A stretch of 53,011 nt of DNA from Paecilomyces variotii (lineage: Eukaryota). Both the position numbers and the translations under genes were made by a program. The notes below the pieces were generated by a model. The model was not told the origin of the DNA and searched no databases. It saw only the letters and a list, made by a program, of their open reading frames with translations. Each line of letters opens with the position of its first letter. The stretch's first letter is position 1. Below, piece after piece: positions 39,719 through 51,764 of this stretch. The DNA lies in the NCBI GenBank assembly GCA_004022145.1, contig RCNU01000031.1; one strand, given 5' to 3'.

Positions 39719-39961
39719 TATTACGGCGCTGACCCAGCGCCTATATAGTAAGGAGATAGAGTAGGAAATTAACCGGCAGAACCCTTAACCGCCTATACTA
39801 TTTAGAAGCAGTTAGGAAATAAAGGATTCTATAAATAAAAGAATTAGGATTCCTTCCTTAAATTCTTTTCCTTTTCTCTCTTTAGCTTAAAGTTCTCTAT
39901 TATACTGCCTTACTAGATTAGAAGCTTTAATAAATCTGATTTAGTCTGCTTAAGCGTAACA
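39719..39961 (+). repeat. 3' LTR of element F
   Basis: Direct repeat of 36925-37167; ends in CA followed by the TSD. Confidence 0.92.
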
Positions 39962-42142
39962 GCTAAAGCTAATAGTTAATATCTATAAAATATATCTTTT
40001 TAAAATATAGCTTCTATTTATCTTTATTTTATAAGATCTTATAGATATAGCAGGCTTTATAAAAGGTTAAGTAGATATAACTATTTATTATATAAAGATT
40101 CTTAAAGCTTATAGATAATTATATTACTATAAGAAGATAATATAGAAAATATATCTCCCTATAGAATAATAATACTTATATTATATAATTAATCTAAAAG
40201 GCGCTAGTTATATAATATAATTACTTCTTATTTTTATTGCTCTAGATAAAATAATAAAAGAATTTATAAAATAGTAATAGTCTAAGATTTAATTATAAAG
40301 GCTATAACTAGTATAAGATTATATATTATAATAAAAGCATACCTACCCTTTTATTAATATTATACTTAAAAATACTAATAGATATAATATTACCCTCTTT
40401 ATATAATTAGCAACTTAACTAAAGATAGCCTCTATATTATAAGTTATAGAATAGTTATTTAGGAAATAAATATAAAGGGCTTATATATTAGGGTTAATCT
40501 TATAGGTTAAGAATTTAAATAGATATTATATAGCCTTTAATGCTTTAATATAATAGCTATTAATATAGTCTTAGATCTTATTAATACTTATATTTAATTT
40601 AATAATAGTATAATTAGGCCCCTTATAGATATATTTATATAGATATTTAATTGCCTTAATATTATTATAGATCTCTATATTAATATAAGCCTTATACTAC
40701 TAGGTTAGGTAAAGGTTATAGGGAATAACTTATTTATTACTAATCTCTAGGAAGTTATTTACTTAGATAGGATCTTTAATCTTAATATAGGCTATATTCT
40801 ATTAATAATATTTTAAATAAAAGTTATTAATTAGAGAAGTTTCTTAAGTATTTTAGCATTCTATTAATCTCTTTTATATAAAATACTTTAAGATTATAAT
40901 AATTATATAATTAATAAATAAGATTAGTAATTATAAGATTATAGAGATTAAGAGTTTATTATATCTAGGCTTTTATTTAAGCAGTAGTTGCAATATTATT
41001 AATAATAGGCCTAAGAAATATAATATTAAGAATCTCTATAAAAACTAACTTATTAATATATTTAATAGTTAAAGACTTAAAACTACTCTTTATTTAAAGA
41101 AGGAAATAAGTATAAGAAATATACTTCTAGTATTTAATTACTTAAATATTACTAATATATTCTCTAAAAATATTATCTTTTTATAATTTATTTATAAGCT
41201 CTTAGAATTTAAAATAAAAATATTATTATTATCTCTAATAAGTTTAGCCTTAATTTTATCTTAATAAGAGTTAGTAATAAATATAATAAATAGATAAAAC
41301 TTTTTAAACTCTTAAACTATAGCTATAAAGTCTTAATAATATTAATATATAAAGTAATTACTATTTATAAAATATAATAAAAAGATATATAGTTTATTTA
41401 TAGCAATAGGATTAATGCCTATAATAATAATAAAGGCTATCTTAATAATATTATACTTTTTAGCCTAAAGTTATTTCTAATTTTACTTAAATTAATTTAG
41501 CTTATATTATTTTAAAGCTAATTAAAGATTTATAATAAACTGCTAGAATAAATAATTATTATAATATAAAAGATTAAAGCTTTTAGTCTATTAAAATATA
41601 AAGAAGTAGTAATAAAGTTATAATATTATTTATATTTATTTATGCTCTGCGCCGCTCTAAATAATATCCTTAAGCTTAAGCCTCTAATACTAGCCCCTGC
41701 CATCTTAAAGGAAAAAAAGAATATATTAAAGGGAGATATATAAAGGATATAAATAATAGATAGTAATTAAATATTGCCTTATATTAACTTAGCGAGTAAT
41801 AGAGAAATCTTTAAGGGCTACTATAATTTAGTCCTTATCTTTAAATATATTATTTAAATATAATACTAAATCGCGTTTAAAAATAATATAGGGCATATTA
41901 TTATTATCTCTAGAGATATTATTATTTTAATTCCTAGAAGAGGTAATATTTAAATTATTATTTTATTTATTTACTATTAGCTATTGCGTAAAGGGAGATT
42001 TATTAAGATAAAGGCAGATATTATAAAAACTTGCTTAATTATACTCTTTAGCAATATTAGAGATAAAGCCTATTAACTTTATTTAAGCACTTACTAAATT
42101 ATAGGGATATTTACTATCTATATTAGGGATTAATTATAACTA

Positions 42143-42437
42143 ATCGGCCCTTTATTAAGACCGCGCGCAGCGTAATCTCGCTATCTTAACGCTACCAACT
42201 ATCTCAATACAAATTTCTGTAAATATTATTATTTTTTAGTTTTTAATTAACTAGATATTGTAGAACTAGTATTTTAGATCTAGTTTCCGATATTTCTTTA
42301 AGAATTTAGCATTGTGGTTAATTAGGAGCAATCTGGAAAGATTTAAAATAATGCATTTTTATATAGTATTCGTTAAGATAGTTAGTAGCGTTAAGATAGC
42401 GGGACCGCGCTGCGCGCGGTCTTAATAAAGGGCCGAT
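42143..42437. mobile_element. MITE, second family, ~295 bp with GC-rich ~65-bp TIRs
   Basis: TA|ATCGGCCCTTTATTAAGACCGCGCGCAGCG...CGCTGCGCGCGGTCTTAATAAAGGGCCGAT|TA. The first 30 bp are perfectly inverted and each TIR carries two CTATCTYAA sub-repeats. The TSD is TA or CTAA/TTAA. Confidence 0.88.
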
Positions 42438-45400
42438 TAAGGGGTAAGATATAGATATTATAATCTATAGCTAGTATAATATTAAAGAATATTATAGGCA
42501 TATTAAAAAACTTTTTAAAAGAGATTAATTCTGCGTAATAATTAATCTAAGTTCTATATTATTTTAATATATAATTAAGATAATAATATATATTACTAAT
42601 ATATTTACTCTATCTTTATAGGATTTAAAAAATAAAGCTATATAAAGGAAAGAGAAGTTCTACTTAAAGGGCTAATTTAATAATAGATTATACTCTATAA
42701 CTAGAAGATCTATTAGTATTATTATAAGGCTAAATACTAATTACTCTTATAAGATAAAGATATAAAGGCTAATATTATATTAATAATATAAATATCCTTA
42801 TAGAATATAATTATATTAAGATTATTAATATTAAAATACTCTCTTAATAATATAAGCAGTTCTTATATAGGCTCTATATTAATACTTAATATTATACTAC
42901 TATTCTTATAGTAATAGTTAAAGATTATATAGCCTTAAGTAATCTTATTTTACTAAAATAAGATATAGTAATATTAATATATAATATCTATATATTTAAA
43001 GTATAGAGATTATATTTAAGTAATAAGAAATAAAAGGTAATAGAGATATTTTTAATTATTATATACCTTATACTATTAGTTATATTAGGGGGTCTGCTTT
43101 ATAAGGCTTATATATAATTATTATAAATATTATAGGCAGAATTCTTAATAAGATAATTCTAATATTATCTGTATATATAGTATAAAGGTTAATATATTAA
43201 TTATATAGGCTTAAGAGTAGAGAGTAAAAGCCGCTTATAAATACTATAGAATTAATAGTTTAAAGATTAGGATTAAGATTAAGACTTTTTATACTAATAT
43301 GCTTAGGCGCGTAAAAAGATCTTATAGTATACTTTTTATACTAGTATATATAATAGATTAAAGGTTATAAAAGTAGTTTACAGAGAGGATTTAATTAAGA
43401 AACTTATTAATTTTAACCTAGATTTATTTAATATTAGGGTTTTTAATATAAGATTTTTTATAAGAATATCTATTAATAATAGTAAAGGTAATAAAGGCGA
43501 TTATTTTATTAATACTATAGAAAGTACTAGAGAAGATATATAAAGTATTAAAGCTGCTTTAATTTATTAATAAAAATAGCTAATAGAGGTAAAAGATATA
43601 AGTTAAGGTTTTATTATTATAGGGCTTATAGCTAATATATATTATTATTATATATATATAATAATAGATTTATTTAAGACTTATATATATATTATAACTA
43701 TAATATATATAATACTTATAATTATTAATTTATCTTAATTCTCCTACTATAAGATAATATTTATAGCTATTATATATATATTTAAGAGAAAAAAAACTAT
43801 AATAATTATATTAAATATAATATAAAGATATAGCCTAAGTAAATATAATAAATAATTAGTATATAAGCCTATATAAAATATATATTAATATACTATAAAT
43901 GCCTTATATAAGCATTTTAATAAATCTCCCTTAATTATAATCTCTATTATAATCTCTCTAAATATAGATTAATAGATTAAAACAATATATAATACTACTA
44001 ATAATTGTTAAAGATAGCCCGGGCAATATTTAAAGCATAATCCTTATTTTAATATTAAGATAAATAGAATAATAATATAGTAATATAATAAGATAATAAA
44101 ATAATTAAAAAATAAGGTAAAATATTAAAACAAGGTAAGATATTATTATAGAAAACCTAGAGAATCTTATATTAGCACTTATAGATAATAAAAAATAGGT
44201 TAATATTAGTATTTATAAATAATAGAAAAAGGAGGTAAATAATCTTAAGAGTAATTTAAAAAATTAGACTTAATATATTATAAGTAATATTTTACTTCTC
44301 TGCTAGAAAGCTTTATATTAATATCTTAATATCTTACCGATATATTTTATTTCTCTAAATCTTATATTATAAATAGATTATGCTAAAGCATTATAGAAAA
44401 TATTATAGGTTTATTTATTTAGCCTTTATTAAATATTATTAATATTAAATATTATTAAGTAAAAATAGCTATATTAATAATTTATATAATAATTTAAGGT
44501 AATATCTTAATATAATAAGAGAACTTATTATAAGTTACCTCTACTATTATAGTTAAGGCTTAATAAAGGCTATATTAAAAAATATAATTAGTAAAGAGCT
44601 AGCTTATATAATAAATATCTCTTTTTTTAAATATAATTAACTACTTACTAATCTTTAACTTATATAGCTTAATAATAGTATTAATATATCTTATTTTTAG
44701 CCCTTAAATTAAGTAATATTAAAGACTTAAAGAGTAATATTAAAGACTTAAAGATACTTAAGTTATTTAATAATATTAATAATTATTATAATAAGGTAAT
44801 ATAATTAAAGTAATTAAGAAAGTCTCTCTTTAAAGTATTAAAAAGGTATTATTATAATAAGACTTATTATAATAATAGTTCTTAAAGAGTACTTATATTA
44901 AGATTTATACTTTTTTTCTCTATATTTAAATTAGCCTCTAATAGTTATATTATAATTAAGACCCAGATTATTAATAATAAGATATAGGTATTTATAGATA
45001 AAGGTAACTTAAAGATAGTATTAAATATATTATATTAGTTTAAAAAAGAAAGTCTTAAAATAGGCTATAATATCTGCCTCTAGTAATACTACTATTAATA
45101 TTATATAAGATATTTTATATTTAATTATAGTTTCCTTTATTATTAGTTAGTAGTTTATACTTAGAAATAAATAGAAGAATTAAATAGAATAAGAACTTTA
45201 ACCTAAATATAGTATTATATTATAATATATATATTTTTAATATATAGATATAATAATAGTACTAAGTATAAAAAAAATTAATATTTATATAAATAATTAT
45301 TATATGTAATTATATTATAATATTATAATAAATAAAAAGGCTTAAAAGTTAATAAGTTTAAAAGTTTTAATATTTTTACAAGTAGTAGTTTTATTTAATT

Positions 45401-45546
45401 ATACTATAGTATACTTAGTAATTTAATAAATAAAAAGGCTAAAGATATAGTTTTTATATATATAATGCTTTAATAGGTTAAATCTAAGCTAATAAGAGAC
45501 TTAAATAATACTGCGCGCTTAAAGTTTTATATTATTTACTTAGATT

Positions 45547-48500
45547 AAAACCTTTTCTTATTATTCTCTTTTCTTATTAAATTCTTTCTTATTAAATTCT
45601 TTAAGGTAGAATTAAAGTAATATTAATAATATTAACTAGACTAGAGGTAAAGCCTTATAATAGTTTATTTAGACTAAGAATTAAAGCTATAACTATTTTA
45701 AGTATATAAATATAATGCGCTATTAATAGAACTAATTTAATATATAAACCTAATAATATTAGACTTAAAATCTAGGCTAACTCTTAATATAACTATACTA
45801 GTTCTTATAGTATAATAATTAAAACTAATAATATTAAGTATTAAACTAGTATAGAAATAATAATTAAAGCTCTTATCTTTTAATATAGTCTTAAGCTATA
45901 GTCTATTTAAATGCTAAAATAGAGTAAGTTATAAATATTATAGATAGGAACTATAGTTAGTAAGGTTATAATATATTTAGGTTAAAAATATATAATATAA
46001 TACCTTTTAATTAAACCCTAGATTTAATTAATTTTTCTAATAAATATAATAATTATTATTATTAAGATAGTTATTAAGATAAATATAATACTTATATTAA
46101 TTATATTATATTATAAATATTATAGATAGAAACTATAGTTAATAAGATTATAATATATTTAAGTTAAAAATATATAATATAATACCTTTTAATTAAACCC
46201 TAGATCTAATTAATTTTTCTAATAAATATAATAATTATTATTATTAAGATAGTTATTAAGATAAATATAATAATTCTTAATATATAGATTATATTAAAGA
46301 TAACTATAATACTTATATTAATTATATTATATTATAGATTACTCTTATATTTAAATACTAGCTATACTAAATAATCTTCTAATTAAATAATAAGCTTTAA
46401 TTATTTATATAATACTAATTATAATTAAAAATTAATACTATATTTCTTTATTATTAAAGCTTCTAATATTATATTATCTATTAATATATATATAGCTATA
46501 GCTATATTATAACTTATTATTATTAAGTCTCTAATTAAATAAGCTTCTTTTAAATATATCTTTTATAGATAATATTATATTATAGTAAAAATATATATTA
46601 CTAGTAATATTAAGGCAGAGCTAATTTATTTAAATTTAAGTTATTCTATAATAATAATTAATAAGATATTTCTTAAGCGAGTTATATTATAAGCAAAATT
46701 TTATTATATATTTAAAATAAAGATTAATAAGATAAGATCTATAGTATATAACTTATTAACTTATATTTAACTTATTTTAAATTATCTAGCTATTTATTAT
46801 TTTAAGCTAATAATATTTTAGTTTAAAATTAAAGCTTACTTAATTAATTATTTTAAAATAAATCTTTTACTTAAAATTAATATAATAAATTACTATAATA
46901 TATTAATATACTTTATTATTTTAACCTATATTACTATTAAAGATATTTATATTTTATTAAAGATTACTATAAAATTAAACTATAGTTTATTATAATTAGT
47001 TTATTTTATATATAAAATAATAGTATTATTAAATAATTCTATATATATCTTAATATATTTTAAAGAATACTTTATAAAAGATTATAATTATATTTTTAAG
47101 CCTAATTATTAAGGTATAAATCTCTATACCTATTTAGTAAATACTAACTTTATCTTTATTTAGGCTATTAATATTATAAATAAAGAATAGGCTATTCTAT
47201 AGAAGATATACTTAAGTCTAGTTAATAAGTATAAGAAGACTAATATATTCTATATTAATCTAATTATAATACTGCTAATATAGTTAGCGCTATTATCTCT
47301 TAATAAAACTAAGAGATTAGCTATTTAAAGTAATAATTTAAGCCTTAAGAAAAAACTTAATATTAATATTATTATTTATAGACCCTTAAATATTATAAAT
47401 AAATTTAAGAAAATAATTAGAGCTTATTTATCTAGTTAAACTATAGATTTACTAATATTCCCTTAGATTAATAGATAATAATCTTATTAAAGGAAGGTTA
47501 AGAATTAAATATCTTTTAAGTATATTAAGATTTACTCTCTTAGCCTTAAAGATTATAAAGTTATTAATTAAACCTTTAATAAGCTATATTAATAGAGAAG
47601 GATAAAATATACTATTAATTATATACTAAGCGAATATCTTATATTTATTATTTAATATAATATTAAATATAATAGTAAAATAATTTATAAGGGTAAAGTA
47701 ATTATAGATATTTATAGTCTAAATTATATTATTAGACTTAATACTTATTCTCTCCTATTATAAGAGAATATTATTATATTTATAATAAAAAAATATATTA
47801 TTTTAATATTTAATATAGTATCTTTCTAGTATTAATATTATATTTAATATAATTATAGAAACTAACTATTTATTATATTATATAGAGAATAAGAGATCTT
47901 TAATATTATTATTATAGGCTTTTATAATATATTAATATATATCTAGTAATAAATAAATTATTACCTATATATTTTCTATAAATTTATAAAGATATATATT
48001 AATAATATTATAGTCGTCTTTAATATAGTTAATAATTATTATATATATTTATATAAAGTCTTTAAGAAAATATAAACTAAATATTAAGCTTAATTTTAAG
48101 AAGTTCTTTATAAGATTTCTCTTTATATAACTATTAAGTTACTATATTAATTTATTAGGAATAAATATTATTAATAAGAAGATAAAGACTATAATTAATA
48201 TCTTATTTCTATATAGCTTAAGCCTTAAAGTTATATCTTAGCTTAATAAAATAGTTTAAATAATATATTCTTTAATATATTAAGATTATATAATTATTAT
48301 AAGATTAGAAGATAATATTTTTTAATAAAGCCTTTATAAAAGTTAAGATATAGTAGAGTTTTATAAAGAATATAATCTTAGCTATATTCTTATAAGCTAA
48401 GATAAATATTTATAATATTATTTAAAAATATTTTAATAATTTATTCTTTTTTATATATTATAACTTAAAGCGCTAGCTTTACTTTAATATTAATACTAGT

Positions 48501-49549
48501 ATCTCTAGCTTTAATATTATATTATACTATCTTTATAGTAATATTAAGGCTTAATTAAATAATTACTATCTCTTAGTAGTTTATAAATCTCTTAAAACTA
48601 TATTTAACTAATTAAAAGTTTAGCTAATTATATTCTTTTTAAAATAATTTAATATAGTTAAAAAAAGATATTAGCTAATAAAAATAAAGATAATATATTT
48701 AATATAGGCACTATATAAGATATATTATATTATTAAAACCTATTAAATACTACTAATTATTTTTATAAATTATAGTATTATAATTATAATTATTAAGCAG
48801 ATATCTTTTTAATTAATATTTATAAATTAAATTAATCTATACCTTATCTTAATATCGCAATATATATAGAGATTTAACCTTATATTTATATATAAGTTAA
48901 GATATAATAATATTGTTATAAATACCCTATTATATCTTAAATTATTTTTTATTAAGCTAAATATTTTTCTATTAAAAAATATTAAATATTATTTAGCTAT
49001 TATATTTTTTAAGACTATATATATTAATAATATTAAAGATAAGCTATAGTATAATATAACTCTTATTAAGTTATTAGAAAAATTTAAAATCTAATTAAAA
49101 GAGGGCTATAAAACTAATTCTTATTAGTTTAAGGTCTTTATTATATTATAGAATAATATAAATTTTATATATTTCCTTTTTATAATTTATAATAAACTCC
49201 TTTATATAGTTAATATTAATAATATATAATATCTCTATATATTATAGTTAGTTCTTAAGAATATTCTTAAAATAGCTTATAATAATATAGAATACTTAAG
49301 TATTATTAAATAATTATTAATGTTTATAATTTTACAATTTATAAACTTATAAAGTAAGTTAAAATATATATTAAATATTGCTATTTATACTAAATAAACT
49401 AAATATATTATTATATATCTTATAGCAGCTATTAGTTTATTTTTATATTAAATATCTCTTTTTATATAATAATTATAGACTTTATTATAAGATTACTAAA
49501 TATAAGGCTATATAATTAAATCTTAACTATTACTTATAAATTTATAAAA
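45547..49549 (+). mobile_element. Gypsy family A, internal fragment A5 (gag end, PR, RT, RH, start of IN; no LTR)
   Basis: Collinear with 5745-6623 + 16520-18714 and with 23780-25584 (-). RT GKVIIDIYSLN (from GRVVVDIRGLN, ~47692) and IYINNIIV (from YIDD, ~47995). Cut by the Copia LTR at 49550. Confidence 0.87.
45931..46272 (+). repeat. ~160-bp tandem duplication (45931-46090 / 46113-46272) with a ~22-bp spacer copied from downstream
   Basis: The unit ATAAATATTATAGATAG...AAGATAAATATAATA occurs twice but only once in paralog A1 (~6124-6285). The spacer CTTATATTAATTATATTATATT matches 46312-46333. Confidence 0.8.
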
Positions 49550-51764
49550 TCTTAAAGCTAATAAAAATACTTAATTAAGGAATTATCTAGGGGCTTAATT
49601 AAGCTAAACTAATTTATTTAGCTATTACTCTATTAATTAAGCTAGCTACTAGTAATATAATTCCTTACTAATTAAATTACTCGCCTAAGTAAATTAATAC
49701 TATATAATATATAAAATAATCTCTTTTTAAACTAAGATTTCTTAATAACTATATATCTAATATATATAATATTTAGTATATAGCTTTCTATAATAGTAAA
49801 CTTTTATATACTAAAATTTTAAGCTTTAAAAATTATTTATTATTTAAGTAATATAAATTACTGTTATAATTTTTATAATTATATTTTACTTAAAATATTT
49901 AAAGAATAATAAGACTTAAACAGATAAAATTAGATATATATAATCTTAATAATATATATTTATATATATTTATTTTAATAATCTTTAAATACTTAATTAT
50001 TAAGATATTTTAGTTTAAAAAAGGGCTATTTTATATATAATATAGTATTAATCTACTTAGGCAGGTAATCTAGTTAATAGAGAATTATATTATAGGCGAC
50101 TATTACTAAAGCTCTTAGAAGCATTAAAATACTTCTTTTAACTATACTAGTAAATAGTTTAATTACTTAATTAAGTAATTTATTTAACCCTTTAAATATT
50201 TAGTTTCTTTAATTTTATAAGCTCTTAAAACTTCTTAAATTTAACTTAATTTAATAGCTTTATTAAGCTATTTACTAGGTTTATTTTACTATTAATTTTC
50301 TATAGTTTACTTATATTATTAGCTACTGCAGATTAAATAAAGAAATAATAATTATCTAGCTATTTAGTAATTAGTTTATAGCCTCTATTTCTAACTAAAA
50401 TTATAGTATTTACTATATTAATCTAGACTAATATAAAGATTTCTAGATTTTATTTAAGACTTAAAGTATAAGCTAGTTTTCTTATAAATATAGCTTCTTT
50501 TATTGCAGAATTTAATGCGCAGAATTTAGCAATTATTATTAATAGAGCTATTATTTACTATTTCTTATTAAACTAGCTAATAAATACTCCTTTATATAAG
50601 ATTATAAATATTTTAATTAAAGTCTTATTAAAGTTATCTTAATAATTAGTATTTATATAAACTTTAATACTTATATTAAGATTTACTCTTAGTTTAATAT
50701 TATAGTTAAAAGCTTAGCGAATATATTATAGTAAATGTTTTACTATTTTAATATCTTTATTATTTAAGTTATTTACCTTTTATTATAAGTAGTTTATAGC
50801 TTAAGCTAAGTTTAGCTATATTTTAATTATTAATTAGCTTAATTTTTTAATAAGAGTTTAATATTTAATTTTTATATTCTTATTAGCTAGTTATTTTAAA
50901 ATCTTTAGTCTATATATTAATATTATAAGAACTTAAATTCTTATTAGTTTACTATTATAAAAGCCGGAGTTAATTAAAATAGCTAATATATAGCTAGCTT
51001 AGCTTATAGTAATTATTCCCTATATTTAATCTTTATTAAGCTTATAACCTAGGAAGTTAAAGAGTTTATTAAAGATCTTTATATTAAAGTAATTGCTTAA
51101 AGTTATAATAAATATATTAATATTTTCCTTTATAAATATTATTATAAGTATATTATAAATATAAATAATAATATATTATTTTTTATTTAATATAAAGATA
51201 TATAGATTTTCTTTTAGTAGTATAAAACCTATATTATAAAATTTATTTATAAGTATTATATTTTATAAATTAGCGAATTCTTATAGTTTATATAGAGTAT
51301 AGTAAAATAGGCAGACTTAATATTTCCCTATAATAAGTTTTATTAGCTATTATATATAGATTTACTTATTATTTAATAAAGTATTTAAATAAGCTATAAT
51401 AATATTATATTAAATTTAATATAACCTATATATAATAATAAGGGTTAGAAATAGTTTAATAGCTATCTTACTTACTATTAAGCTATAGTATTATTTATAT
51501 CTAATAGTTTATTAAAAGTTACTATAAATTACTTATTTAACTTTATATTTCTTTAAGAAGTTATTAGTATTAGTCTTAATATTATATACTTATTTCCCTA
51601 ATAGAATTTTAATATCTTTATTATTTAAATAAGGGATTAGTAATTAAGTCTATTTAGCTTTAAGCTTCTATATTTAAGTCTTTATAGCTTATTACTAGTT
51701 ACTAGTATATAAAGATTTAATTACCTATTTATAAGTACGGGAGATTTTAATTTTATAAGCTTAT
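49550..51764 (-). mobile_element. Second copy of the Copia (3' LTR, RH, RT; 5'-truncated), nested in Gypsy A5
   Basis: 3' LTR 49550-50131 is split by a MITE. 50132-51764 is collinear with 25724-27355 but more heavily RIP-mutated. Confidence 0.9.
49655..50090. mobile_element. MITE (ACGT-ended family), 436 bp, inside the Copia LTR
   Basis: TA|ATATAATTCCTTAC...ATAGAGAATTATAT|TA. Collinear with 17807-18243; removing it restores the LTR. Confidence 0.9.

Larger units (their letters stand above)
36925..39961 (+). mobile_element. Non-autonomous Ty3/Gypsy (chromovirus-derived) element F, 3.0 kb, gag plus protease only
   Basis: 243-bp LTRs 36925-37167 and 39719-39961 (TGTTA...TAACA), perfect TSD GCTAA, and a G-rich PPT at 39706-39715. 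Zinc knuckle YFFYKAKGYLIINC (~38372) and protease LLDFRAN (from LLDSGAN, ~38630). Pre-RT LPPYRPYDYKIEL is joined directly to a post-chromodomain-like LRDFHDEFPNKPGP tail. Confidence 0.93.
21935..45546. other. Unidentified RIP-mutated multi-ORF host sequence (~9 kb net: 21935-22492, 33712-36924, 39962-42142, 42438-45546)
   Basis: The pieces are joined by the TSDs of the nested elements. A minus-strand frame reads across the Gypsy A4 site (KYKAYN|PKDKSK) and a plus-strand frame reads across the element F site. No RT, integrase or transposase motif recognised. Outer limits and unity of the last ~2 kb are uncertain. Confidence 0.45.

Noticed and set aside
41700-43300. Resemblance of host translations to Plavaka/CACTA-like or DUF3505-type proteins
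   Set aside because: Only vague similarity after free deRIP; no diagnostic motif could be read, so no family was assigned.
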